A stretch of 64,000 bases of DNA. Source: a virus. The notes below the pieces were generated by a model. The model was not told where the DNA came from and did not search any database. It worked only from the letters and a program-made list of their open reading frames with translations. The position numbers and the translations under genes are program-made. Within the stretch, counting starts at the first letter, position 1, and each line of letters starts with the position of its first letter. Positions 16,618 through 26,323 of the stretch are shown here, piece by piece. The stretch lies in the IMG/VR virus record IMGVR_UViG_3300037847_006528, positions 1-64,000 of that record; one strand, written 5' to 3'.

Positions 16618-19168
16618 TTTTTACCTCCCTCAGTTTCATGTAAATGTCGGTATCAATTGGTTTAATTGTTTCGACAAAGAAGCTATCTCTGCTTTTAGAG
16701 CCATTTACAATAATAACTTGGGTTTTTTTCAATTTATTATACTGTAGAAAATCTGTTAGTTTATTACCTCTACTTGTGTCCATGAATAAAAAGTTCTTAG
16801 TAGCAGTATTATCCGCTAAAGATATTATCATATATTTGTTACCGTTTTGAGAGGTTCTTGTAAAGAAATCTTTTACCTCTCCCGCAACTTGGAATTGTTC
16901 TCTTTCAGGTAATTCTGAAATAACCTTTAGGTCTTGAAGGTTGGGGTATCTTTCTTTGAAGCATTCTCTTAAGTCATGAGAGTAACTATAACCAAGTAGT
17001 GAGCTTTCGTATCTCCACTTGGCAAACATCTCATGTTTTCTATTTTGAGAATATATTTTTTTATACTGATCGAACTTAGTTTTAAATGTTTTAAATCTCT
17101 TTTCAGACATGATAGGCTTGTTGTCATCTCCTAAGATTTCCTTGCCTATAACTTCTGATATTGCATCCAGTATATCATATCCAAACCTCTCCCCTATCTT
17201 ACAAAAGTTTCTTTTTTCTCTGTCTGTAAGAAGGTTGAATGCTTGTGCTTCTAGGACCATGCGGGTTCTATTGGTCCCCGCATGATCCATTGTTCCAGCT
17301 TGGATTAAAGCCGCAAGCACAGAGATGTTGATACCGCACTGTCTGGCAGCTAGAAATACCTCGTATTTGTTTGAAAATTCTATCCCTCTGAACTCTACAA
17401 GGCTCTCCATTGCCTTGAGAGAGATCCCTTTGATACTATTTAATCCGTATCTAATATTTTCTCCCTCTATCTTGAAATCGAAATCTGATTTAAATAAGCA
17501 AGGAGGAAGCATCTTCATCCCGAAATCCTCTAACTCTTCATTAACGCCAGATATAGTAGTTAATGGTTCTGGATCAAACTCAGCGCACTCAAGAACAGAC
17601 AGAAAGAATTCTTTAGGATAATTATGTTTTAGGAAAACTGTTTTAGCGGCTAAATCTGCATAAGCAAAACTGTGAGATTTGTTAAAAGAATAGTGGGAGG
17701 CGGCTATCAATGAATTCCAATAAAAGTCAGCTATCTGATCAGTCAGGTCTCTAGAACGAGCGGCTTCATAAATCCTATCTTTCCACTTGGGCATTTCATC
17801 AACTTTTTTCTTGCCAACAATTCTCCTTAACACCTCCGCTTCTTCAAGGGTGAGGCCGAAAACTTTGTGAGCTATCTGCATCAATTGCTCTTGATACAAG
17901 ATAACATTTTTTGACCAAGAAAGTATCTTGTCTAACTCAGGATGTATTTCCTGCACTAATGAGTTGTTTTTATTATCTCTATATGTGTCAACAAACTCAA
18001 GTGCTGCTGGTCGAGCTAGGGCTACAACGTCAGAAAGTTCATTTAAGTCATCTGGCTTGATCTGCCTACATACCTTAAAGTTTGTTTCAGCGGATATCTG
18101 AAAAAGACCTACAGGATGTCTAAAGTCCTGCAATATATCATAAATAATTTGAGAATTAGGATCTACATCTTCAATTTTTATACCAACTTTTTCGCAGGTT
18201 TTATGAGCAATCGTTAGTGTTCTTAAGCCAAGAATGTCAAACTTAACCATTAGGTCGGCAACATCTGACATATCATAACCCGTCACTAAATCTCCGTCTT
18301 TAGTTTTTTGCAATGGGACTACGTTCTCTATTTTCTCAGAACAGATTGCTATGCCAGATGGGTGGACCCCAGTATTCTTTGGCAAGTTCTCTATTTTTAA
18401 TGCATTTTTAAAAGTCCTTTTGTGCTCTCTTGCCCATCTTTTAAATTTACCACTTTCTTCTCTAGCTTGCTCTAAGGGAAACACATTACCGTGCAGTTTA
18501 GGTATCATGTCTGATACTTGATTAGCTTGATCTTCTTTTACTTCATCAAAGTATTTCGTAGCTTCTCTTATACACAGTTTGGCGCTAAAGGTGTTAAAGG
18601 TTAGTATTTTAGCAGTCTTTCCTTCATGCTTGCGCTCAATATATTGAATGACTTTATACCTTTGCTCGTAAGAAATATCTGAATCTACATCAGGTAAAAG
18701 GCTTCCAACTAGAAACTCTTTACCTCTTTTATCAGTGACTTTCTTTGCTCTAGATTTAGACACGAATCTCTCAAAAAACAAATCGTGGGGGATTGGGTCA
18801 ATGTTTGTTACTCCGAGCAGATATAGAACAAGAGAGCCAGCAGCAGAACCACGGCCAGCACCAGTTGGAATATTATTGTCATGACAAAAATTTAAAACGT
18901 CCCAGTTAAGCAAGATATAATCTGTAAAACCAAGCTCTTCAAAAGTTTCTAACTCTTGCTTTGCTCTATCAAAATAAACTTTTTTATTTTCATATTTTGT
19001 GATACCTTTATCACGCAAACCTTTTCTGGCTAGCTCATATAGAATCTCTTTTGTAGAACTATCAGGGCCAAGCCCTATTTCTTCTAGCTTAGTAGGGTCA
19101 ACGATTGTTTTGGGAAGCTCAACTCCCGCAGGTTCGCAATCATCATATGGTGTAAAGTCTTCAAACAT
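16610..19168 (-). CDS. dnaE: DNA polymerase III alpha core lacking the N-terminal PHP domain
   Basis: GRGSAAGS, PDVDSD, HPSG, KFDILGL and YSFNKSH motifs; C-terminal OB fold. Confidence 0.92.
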   Translation of the reverse strand: MFEDFTPYDDCEPAGVELPKTIVDPTKLEEIGLGPDSSTKEILYELARKGLRDKGITKYENKKVYFDRAKQELETFEELGFTDYILLNWDVLNFCHDNNIPTGAGRGSAAGSLVLYLLGVTNIDPIPHDLFFERFVSKSRAKKVTDKRGKEFLVGSLLPDVDSDISYEQRYKVIQYIERKHEGKTAKILTFNTFSAKLCIREATKYFDEVKEDQANQVSDMIPKLHGNVFPLEQAREESGKFKRWAREHKRTFKNALKIENLPKNTGVHPSGIAICSEKIENVVPLQKTKDGDLVTGYDMSDVADLMVKFDILGLRTLTIAHKTCEKVGIKIEDVDPNSQIIYDILQDFRHPVGLFQISAETNFKVCRQIKPDDLNELSDVVALARPAALEFVDTYRDNKNNSLVQEIHPELDKILSWSKNVILYQEQLMQIAHKVFGLTLEEAEVLRRIVGKKKVDEMPKWKDRIYEAARSRDLTDQIADFYWNSLIAASHYSFNKSHSFAYADLAAKTVFLKHNYPKEFFLSVLECAEFDPEPLTTISGVNEELEDFGMKMLPPCLFKSDFDFKIEGENIRYGLNSIKGISLKAMESLVEFRGIEFSNKYEVFLAARQCGINISVLAALIQAGTMDHAGTNRTRMVLEAQAFNLLTDREKRNFCKIGERFGYDILDAISEVIGKEILGDDNKPIMSEKRFKTFKTKFDQYKKIYSQNRKHEMFAKWRYESSLLGYSYSHDLRECFKERYPNLQDLKVISELPEREQFQVAGEVKDFFTRTSQNGNKYMIISLADNTATKNFLFMDTSRGNKLTDFLQYNKLKKTQVIIVNGSKSRDSFFVETIKPIDTDIYMKLREVKSD

Positions 19169-19782
19169 TATAAATCCATGTGTTTTTTAAGCTTAAGAAA
19201 TACTTGGTAGCACATCTTAATATCGTAAAGAGCATTGTGTAGCTTGCTCTCATCAAATTCTATATCAAAAAACTTTAAAAGTTGGTTTTGAGAAACCTTC
19301 GCTTTGAGGGTTCTGTCGTTAATTATCTTATATTGCCAACTCAGCAGATTACCCTTGGGTCTTTCTAGCTCTTCTCTGTAAGCTTTACCCAAAGCTCTTG
19401 TGTCTAAAATACGAGGCAAGTAAGAATAATCTGGCTCTTGTCCCAACAACCTTTGCAACACAGCAAGCATATAAACATCGAATCCCAACAAGTTTTGCCC
19501 CACTACAATGTATTGAGGGTCGAATATATACTTTTCAAACTTGCTCCAAACTTCATCTAAAGGCTTGGCTTTTCTGTTATAAGTATCCCAATTAAACCCC
19601 GTGATCTTCTTGACCACTTCGGGGATATTTAATTCTTTGTGAATTATAAACTCGTCATGAGTTTCTAATGTTTTATTTCCCTGACAGACTATCCAAGATA
19701 GCTGCCATGTTTTAGAAGAGAATAAATTTAAACCTTCTGTTTCAGTATCGAATACTAGATATTTTTGATTACTTGGCAACAT
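19168..19782 (-). CDS. dnaQ: DEDDh 3'-5' exonuclease (epsilon-like)
   Basis: FDTETEG, GQN..GFD and HNALYD motifs. Confidence 0.85.
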   Translation of the reverse strand: MLPSNQKYLVFDTETEGLNLFSSKTWQLSWIVCQGNKTLETHDEFIIHKELNIPEVVKKITGFNWDTYNRKAKPLDEVWSKFEKYIFDPQYIVVGQNLLGFDVYMLAVLQRLLGQEPDYSYLPRILDTRALGKAYREELERPKGNLLSWQYKIINDRTLKAKVSQNQLLKFFDIEFDESKLHNALYDIKMCYQVFLKLKKHMDL

Positions 19783-20467
19783 TTTCTAAATATGATTCGT
19801 AGCAAAATTCGTTAGAGGAAAAATCATTAAGGCGAGGGTTGCTAAAGGTAGGCACTCTGCCCTGTTTTCTGTTGCAGACAGCTTTATACATTTGGAATGC
19901 TTCAAAGTCATCCTTATTTCTATAATATATGCTTTTGCACTTTTCTGTTTTGACTTTTAATTTCTTGAGTGCTGCGCTTATCTGAAAATCAAATGGGTGG
20001 TTATTAGATTCTTCTATGTAAAAGTGATCATACTTGTCTAAAAATAGATCGCACATTCCAAAATGAAAGATGTTGTTGAATACATATGAATCGTAGAATG
20101 GAACCCCAATGCTTACATCATCAAGTTCTCCTTCTCCTAGATCTGATAAATTTAAGCACTCCCCTACACTGGTAAAACATTTGGTATAAAGTTTTCTAAC
20201 AACATGCACTCCTTTGTTGTTTTTGGGGAAAAAAATTAATTTGCTTGTCTTTTCAGTAATACTTGACTGAACAACGGGAACCTTTACTCCATAAACCATA
20301 GGGATTTCAGCGTGGAGGAACGCTTTATTAACAACCCTAAACCCGTAGAAGTTATCTTCTACTAATATCATCTTCTTGACATCTCCGCTTTGAGCAATGT
20401 CAATAAGATCCTCTACTCTGAGTAAGGATCGACCTATGCTAAACGTGCTTTTAAATAAAGGAATCAC
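19769..20467 (-). CDS. Stand-alone degenerate PHP domain of Pol III alpha
   Basis: PLFKSTFSIGRSLLRVEDLIDIA...ILVEDNFYGF and LIFFPKNNKG parallel the DnaE N-terminal pattern HLH.HS.YS..DG......L...A, TD..N..G and L.LLAKN..G. Confidence 0.75.
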   Translation of the reverse strand: MIPLFKSTFSIGRSLLRVEDLIDIAQSGDVKKMILVEDNFYGFRVVNKAFLHAEIPMVYGVKVPVVQSSITEKTSKLIFFPKNNKGVHVVRKLYTKCFTSVGECLNLSDLGEGELDDVSIGVPFYDSYVFNNIFHFGMCDLFLDKYDHFYIEESNNHPFDFQISAALKKLKVKTEKCKSIYYRNKDDFEAFQMYKAVCNRKQGRVPTFSNPRLNDFSSNEFCYESYLENVAK

Positions 20468-20476
20468 TCCTGCACT

Positions 20477-21517
20477 TTACAGAAGCTCCATTGGCTTGTC
20501 AAATGAAAAAGCAGGGCATCCTTCATATTTGACTTTTTCTATTTTCAAATCCTTGCTTTGCTTATCTTTTAGGTCTTTTTTGAAATCGGCAGATGCGACT
20601 CTAGTGCCATCCTTGTCTACTAAAGCGTAGAACTCTCTAGGGAACTTGAAAGGGCAGTGCCACATTGGGGTCCCATCTTTTTTCAGTTGTCCTGCATATT
20701 CTGCTCTACCACAAACCACCCTACCAGCAAACCCATCATCTCTACCTAGATAACCTTTATCGTAAGCTAGATTTTTAGATGCTGAAACTTCATTAAAATT
20801 ATTAATAATTTGTTGCACTTCTGTTAAGAAGTATTCGAAGCCCTCTAACTCATCTTCATCTAAAGGCTCCATTTCACAACATCCATCATTGTTGCAGTCG
20901 AACTTTACAAACAAGAACTCCATCTTTCTTCTTAGGAAGTCTGGGTATAAATGTTTTACCGCCAAACAATACATTAAATTCTGCATATTGTCGGTATACT
21001 CCTTACCAGAAAAGATTTGTTTTGATGTTTTAAAATCTCTAATAAGAGCAGTCTTTTTTCTCTTAAACAGAAAAAGCTTATCAATAAATCCTAATATGCG
21101 ATAGTTTTTGCCTTGTTCATTTACAGAAATGTCAAAATCTTTCTCGCTTATAGACTTAGTTGGCTTCCCGTCTTTGTCTCCAAAAAAATCGTAATTAAGA
21201 CCCTCTACCGTCATTTGGTTTATCAGGTCCATATTCTCAAAATCATCTATATTGTGCTTTTTAGCATATGCCTCTATCATCCTTTTGACTGGAGGTGAGG
21301 CAAAAGCGTTTTGAGTTTTAATTATACGGGTATAATGTTTTTTATGCTTAGGATTGCCCAAGTTTTCAAAAACAGCGTGACATATCGTTCCACGCAAACT
21401 TCCCTCGTTAGCTTTGTCTGGGAGCTTCAAGTGGTATTTGCACCAATACTGCCAAGAACACATTTGTAGCGTCTTTATGCGCGATGCAGAAAGAGGCTTG
21501 TTCTCAGAAGTCGTCAT
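20477..21517 (-). CDS. PD-(D/E)XK exonuclease (AddB/Cas4-like)
   Basis: LSASRI...C, G...H, G.ID and IRDFKTSK motifs; additional C-terminal Cys residues. Confidence 0.8.
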   Translation of the reverse strand: MTTSENKPLSASRIKTLQMCSWQYWCKYHLKLPDKANEGSLRGTICHAVFENLGNPKHKKHYTRIIKTQNAFASPPVKRMIEAYAKKHNIDDFENMDLINQMTVEGLNYDFFGDKDGKPTKSISEKDFDISVNEQGKNYRILGFIDKLFLFKRKKTALIRDFKTSKQIFSGKEYTDNMQNLMYCLAVKHLYPDFLRRKMEFLFVKFDCNNDGCCEMEPLDEDELEGFEYFLTEVQQIINNFNEVSASKNLAYDKGYLGRDDGFAGRVVCGRAEYAGQLKKDGTPMWHCPFKFPREFYALVDKDGTRVASADFKKDLKDKQSKDLKIEKVKYEGCPAFSFDKPMELL

Positions 21518-22550
21518 AATGAAATGAGTTTTTCTTTATAAGCTTCGAAAAAGAAGAAGAAAAACTTTTGTTTACACCTCGTTGATTCATATCTTTAGCA
21601 ATCTTTATCACTTTAGACATGGATTCTTGATGTTGTATATTATAGCAATCTGAAGCGTATTTTTCTATTTGATCTTTAGACATTTCCCCGAAGTCATTCT
21701 CTTCGGGTGGAATAAAGTATATTTTGTCAAAATCAATCGACTCAACCAATTTAAAAATAGATTTAATTGCTCCTTCAAACCCTCTGTTCACAGAAGACGT
21801 ATGATCATTATTGAATGACACAAAAACTTTTTTTATAGGTAATAAAGATAGCCTTGCTATAAATTTTGGAGAAATATTCAAACCAAAGGAAACAAGAACA
21901 TTTTTTATGCCGTTGTTGTATAGAGAGAGACAGTCCCCTACGGACTCCACAATGTGAACCGCTTCCTTTTCTTCTATGGCTTTTCGCACCTTATCAATAT
22001 TGTAATATGGGAAAAACCAACCTGATGATTTGCCCATGTGTAACCACTTTGGCCTGTCATCGCTAGTTACCTTTCTGCCAGAAAACCCATGTATTCTACC
22101 ATCTTTCCTGAAAATTGGGAATATCACCCTTTGATACATTTTTCCAGACATGGCCAAGCCGCACTTAAAGTCCTCAAGGGTTTCCTTGCTAATACCTTTC
22201 TCTAGGTAAAAATCGTGATGTGGTAAAAGCTTTGTTAGGACTTCAGGAGAATATGTCTTCTCTTCTTTCAATAGGTGTTTTTGTTTTATTCTTACTCCTA
22301 TATTTACACCGTTGTCCTTTAAATAATGCTTTACTGCATTGGGGTCTTTTGTGTTTAGGGTTTTTTGCAGGAGAGCTTCAAAGGGCATGAACTGAGAATC
22401 TTCTACATAGTCTTTCCAAACCCCAGTGTCCTTATAGATTTGAAGTGCTGTGGAATTGTCTCCAGCCCTATATACTGCGTTAGTTCTCCAGTATGAGCCA
22501 TGATCCTTGAGGCGATACCCAAGGTTTTCCAAGACCTCTTTGTAATCCAT
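21504..22550 (-). CDS. dnaG: DNA primase (Toprim)
   Basis: RVIFPI....GRI.GFSGR, PKW, IVES..D and FNND motifs. Confidence 0.85.
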   Translation of the reverse strand: MDYKEVLENLGYRLKDHGSYWRTNAVYRAGDNSTALQIYKDTGVWKDYVEDSQFMPFEALLQKTLNTKDPNAVKHYLKDNGVNIGVRIKQKHLLKEEKTYSPEVLTKLLPHHDFYLEKGISKETLEDFKCGLAMSGKMYQRVIFPIFRKDGRIHGFSGRKVTSDDRPKWLHMGKSSGWFFPYYNIDKVRKAIEEKEAVHIVESVGDCLSLYNNGIKNVLVSFGLNISPKFIARLSLLPIKKVFVSFNNDHTSSVNRGFEGAIKSIFKLVESIDFDKIYFIPPEENDFGEMSKDQIEKYASDCYNIQHQESMSKVIKIAKDMNQRGVNKSFSSSFSKLIKKNSFHYDDF

Positions 22551-24088
22551 TAATCTCTAAGGTTGATCGGTATTTCTTCTACCTCGTTTGTTCTAACTTC
22601 TATACCCTCTCCATTGAATGCATCCACCACATCTTGCAAGTCTCCACACTCAGTGATTCTAAAATTTTCGATATTTAAATTAATAAAATTTTGCTTCTTT
22701 GTTCCGTCTGGCATTTCTACTGGGTGTATCGCCCTTAATGCGCTCTTGCCTAAGTGCCTAGACTTGAGGTTTATTAGCTTATGAGTCCCGAAGTTAGAGC
22801 CTTCCTCATGGATTTCGTCTGCAACTTTTCTGCGAAGTAGAAACAAATGAGAGCAAAACTGAGTAATACCGTCAGACAAGGAAACCACGCTTTCGTCGTC
22901 TACAATTGAACCAGCATTCCTATTGTTGGTGATACCAAGCCTATTAGATTGCACAGAGGTGATCATTGATACGCAAGGCTTTCCGTCAAAAGCTAAATCG
23001 CGGTGGATTGTTTGTTTAAACTTGTGAACCATGTAGGAAACTTGTTGCCAACCGTCAACTTTTCCAATGCTGCCAAAATCACTTTTAATATAATCGAAGC
23101 TAAAAATTAGTGGGTTGCCTCTACCAATCTTTGAGAAGTAAAACCTCTTTAAGAGAGAACACATTTCATCAGGAGATAGGCCAGCCACATTCTCATAATA
23201 AAACTTCATATTTTTTATTTTTGACCAAGCAGATCTAACCTTTGCAACCACTTCGTCTACGGACCAGTCCTTGTATGCTGTTGTTCTCCACTTGCCTGTC
23301 TGCAAGAGCCAAACAGGTATGCCTGTCATAGCGGAACACTGCCTGAAAATAAGTTCTTCTTCGCTCATTTCACCGTTATCGAAGTGGAGCACAGGAACGT
23401 CATGCTCAGCAGATGCCTTTGTCGTGAAATCCATACAGAAGTTTGTTTTACCCACCCCTGAGCGAGCTACAATCACTGATATATTGCCAGCGAGTAGCAA
23501 TGACCCATACATTTCATTCATTCTAGGGTGAGGGCCAAGCATTCCGAAGTCCTCTACTGGATTATTCCCTCTTTCCTCCACAACCTCCTCCATCATTTCA
23601 AAGAGGTTGACAGGCCCAGCTTCTGTCATCTCAAAGTCTTTTATGTTTTTATTATAGAGTTGATCTGATTGCTCTATCAGTTCTCCATATTTTAAGTTGG
23701 GATCGGCACTTTTTACAAATGAGGCTACCTTCTTGCAGCTATTGTATATCTCTCTGCGAGCAGTGTATTTTTTGAGTTCTCTTACAGAGGAAATTAAAAT
23801 CTTTTCTGTAATCTTATAGAAAGCTAGCGAGAAAATATATTCTCCTATGTCGATACTGTCAGGAAAGCTTGCCTTAAGCTGTTGGATTCTTTGGACTAAA
23901 ATAGTTTCATCAATATCCTCTGCATTATTAAGAGCATTTTTTAGTAATTTAAATATTGATACATTTACTTTAGAGTCCTCTGAATAAAAATCACTTTCAT
24001 TTAGAAAACTGGATACTTCTTCCCATTTGTGCTGATGTTGCAACAATCCGCTGAGAACTTTCTTTTCTAAATCATAAGAAAATATCAT
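22550..24088 (-). CDS. dnaB: Replicative DNA helicase
   Basis: ARSGVGKT, GEMS, DYI, Q.NR and KSRH motifs; DnaB N-terminal domain. Confidence 0.88.
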   Translation of the reverse strand: MIFSYDLEKKVLSGLLQHQHKWEEVSSFLNESDFYSEDSKVNVSIFKLLKNALNNAEDIDETILVQRIQQLKASFPDSIDIGEYIFSLAFYKITEKILISSVRELKKYTARREIYNSCKKVASFVKSADPNLKYGELIEQSDQLYNKNIKDFEMTEAGPVNLFEMMEEVVEERGNNPVEDFGMLGPHPRMNEMYGSLLLAGNISVIVARSGVGKTNFCMDFTTKASAEHDVPVLHFDNGEMSEEELIFRQCSAMTGIPVWLLQTGKWRTTAYKDWSVDEVVAKVRSAWSKIKNMKFYYENVAGLSPDEMCSLLKRFYFSKIGRGNPLIFSFDYIKSDFGSIGKVDGWQQVSYMVHKFKQTIHRDLAFDGKPCVSMITSVQSNRLGITNNRNAGSIVDDESVVSLSDGITQFCSHLFLLRRKVADEIHEEGSNFGTHKLINLKSRHLGKSALRAIHPVEMPDGTKKQNFINLNIENFRITECGDLQDVVDAFNGEGIEVRTNEVEEIPINLRD

Positions 24089-24315
24089 AAACCTATTTCA
24101 CCTTCTTTTTTCGCCATAGCTAACTCTATTAATTTACTAAGAGCCATCTCTACGCAAGGGTTTTCTGTTTTGGTAGTCATACTAGGACAACCATTTTTGT
24201 CAACATAAAGAAGTAAAAACCCTCTATTACCACCGTTTGCAGAGCCAGTGGAGTCATAAATTTTATCAAGAAGAGATTGAGGTAATCCTTGTTGTTCATC
24301 GTCTTGTAACTTCAT
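24085..24315 (-). CDS. hypothetical protein
   Basis: 76-aa ORF with ATGA overlaps on both sides. Confidence 0.65.
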   Translation of the reverse strand: MKLQDDEQQGLPQSLLDKIYDSTGSANGGNRGFLLLYVDKNGCPSMTTKTENPCVEMALSKLIELAMAKKEGEIGL

Positions 24316-24728
24316 TTCAATAGCTTAATCAAACTTTTTGGGTATTTTTTTGAATCCAAGACATCAGACTCTAGGACTCTAATTAATTTAATTTTATTAA
24401 TTTCGCAGAAATATTCTTTCTTCTCATCTCTATGGAGTTGATGAAGGAATTTTTGGCGAGAATTAGAATGAAAAAACTGATTATATCTGTAGTGCTGATT
24501 ACCGTCCACTTCTACCGCTATTTTTTGTGTAGAGTTATAAAAATCTAAACTCATTCTAGTCCCCGCGACAGGAAACTCTTCAAAAACAACATCAGCAAAC
24601 CAATAATCTTTTAAGTGATTTTTTACGTCTTTTTGTATACCGCTTTTGCAGTCAGATTCCCAATCAATAAGATATTTGCTGACGTTTTTTATCTTCCTCT
24701 CTCGACCATTAGAGCATAAAAATATCAT
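24312..24728 (-). CDS. Vsr/DUF559-like endonuclease
   Basis: LDFY....IAVEVDGNQH and RD..K...C....I.LIR motifs. Confidence 0.75.
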   Translation of the reverse strand: MIFLCSNGRERKIKNVSKYLIDWESDCKSGIQKDVKNHLKDYWFADVVFEEFPVAGTRMSLDFYNSTQKIAVEVDGNQHYRYNQFFHSNSRQKFLHQLHRDEKKEYFCEINKIKLIRVLESDVLDSKKYPKSLIKLLK

Positions 24729-25849
24729 TGCTTAAGAATATTCTGTTTTACAAAGTCAACGAGAAGGGAAGTTATTTTTTCATCTGACTCTAGAAACTCA
24801 TACACTGCTTTAATTCCTTGATACGAATCTTTTGTTTCGATTTTCTGTTCGTTTAAATAAGTTTTTACCTTTTCATCCAGTTTAATCCAAGCTCCAGATT
24901 TCTCTAGGTAGCCCCACATAAGTAGCATGTCAACAACTTCTCTCTCAAGCCAAATAGACCTGCCATTTTTCCTTCCGTGCTTTATTGGATAGGTTACAAT
25001 TTGACCTGTAGCCTCATTCGTTGATTTCAAGATCAGAACCTTGGCGTTATGTCCATAAATCTTGTTATCTGGCGTAATTTGCTCTGTTGGCTTCTCTAAA
25101 ATCTTGTCTCCTTTATTTTGTTTTTTAAATTGGAGAATCCAATCTGGGTAATGCAAAATTGCATTTCCACCACTACTGTCTGTTTGATTGTTTGGGTCTT
25201 GCTTAGCATACATGCTGGTAGTAATGCTTGATCTAACTTGAGAAATCATAATGCACATGTGTCCAAACTTGCTCATGCCCAAACTCACCCTCTTCAAAAA
25301 ATCAGAGGTCATTAAAGCTCCCCCTGCTACCTTTCTAGCATCAGAAGAACCTTTTTCTAAATCTTCTTTTGTAATCAAACCGTCCATGCTGTCGATTACA
25401 ATGCAGAATTTCTCTTTGTCGGGGTTGTTCTTCAGTAGCCCTCTGAGGAAATCAATCATAGTATCCATGATATGACACTCAAGAACTAGACATGTTCCCA
25501 CATCCCAATCTTCCGCTGAATGGACAAACTTAATACCCGCTCTATCTTTAATCTCTTGGCTGAGTCTTCCTTCAGCCATTACAAAAAGCCCTTTAGAATT
25601 TTCTACGGTTTTAAGCATGTTGTGCATAACATGCAGAGCTTCATTTGTTTTACCCCCTTCGTTAGCTCCAATAAACCTATGCAAGCCAGAACCAAAACCA
25701 CCGCCCAAAACGTGATCAAGAATCATAGATCCACTCGACACTAGATATGGTTCTGCCCCCTCTTCTAAATTGTAGTGGTATTCTTTGTTTGATTTGAGGA
25801 ATGCCTCTGTATAGTCCTTTGATCCGCTTTTCTTCTTCATTTTAGTCAT
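24725..25849 (-). CDS. recA: RecA/UvsX recombinase
   Basis: LD.VLGGG, GANEGGKT, IVIDS, ISQVR and SGGNA motifs. Confidence 0.85.
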   Translation of the reverse strand: MTKMKKKSGSKDYTEAFLKSNKEYHYNLEEGAEPYLVSSGSMILDHVLGGGFGSGLHRFIGANEGGKTNEALHVMHNMLKTVENSKGLFVMAEGRLSQEIKDRAGIKFVHSAEDWDVGTCLVLECHIMDTMIDFLRGLLKNNPDKEKFCIVIDSMDGLITKEDLEKGSSDARKVAGGALMTSDFLKRVSLGMSKFGHMCIMISQVRSSITTSMYAKQDPNNQTDSSGGNAILHYPDWILQFKKQNKGDKILEKPTEQITPDNKIYGHNAKVLILKSTNEATGQIVTYPIKHGRKNGRSIWLEREVVDMLLMWGYLEKSGAWIKLDEKVKTYLNEQKIETKDSYQGIKAVYEFLESDEKITSLLVDFVKQNILKQ

Positions 25850-26285
25850 TTAAAAAATCTCTTAGTGTTCTAGTCTTTTTCTTCACAGTATCTTCTCCAA
25901 CTTTTATGCCCGTGTCAACAAATTTATCTTTCTCTGGTGGCTTGTAATTAAATTCCTTGTATTTTTTGCTTAAATATTCTTTTCCGTCTTTGGTTAAAAA
26001 ATATTTAATAGTGCCTTTTAATTCAAAAGGTGGTTTAATCTTGCTTAAAAAGTCGAGATCGTTGTCAAACTGTGCGAAAATTTTTGTCACAGTAGACATT
26101 TCAAAAACATAATTTATCGGCCTTGAGCCGCCGAGCATACGTTTTAAAAACTCTTTTCTTTCTTTGAAGAAAGGCTTAGCTTGCTTCTTAGCTTTTGGCA
26201 AAAACTCATGGCCACAATCACAGACTTTTACCCGCGCTCCGAGTAGAGTATTACAGGATGGGCATGACTTTTTACCTCTTGGCAT
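25842..26285 (-). CDS. Zinc-ribbon protein
   Basis: MPRGKKSCPSC...CDCGHEF; promoter TTGACT-N16-TATCTT at 26292-26319, 6 nt before the ATG. Confidence 0.7.
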   Translation of the reverse strand: MPRGKKSCPSCNTLLGARVKVCDCGHEFLPKAKKQAKPFFKERKEFLKRMLGGSRPINYVFEMSTVTKIFAQFDNDLDFLSKIKPPFELKGTIKYFLTKDGKEYLSKKYKEFNYKPPEKDKFVDTGIKVGEDTVKKKTRTLRDFLND

Positions 26286-26323
26286 ACAGTCAAGATAACT
26301 GCATATATGATAAAGTCAATGCT

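Noticed and set aside
20477-21517. Cas4 as part of a CRISPR system
   Set aside because: No array or other cas genes; it sits in the replication operon like ordinary phage exonucleases.
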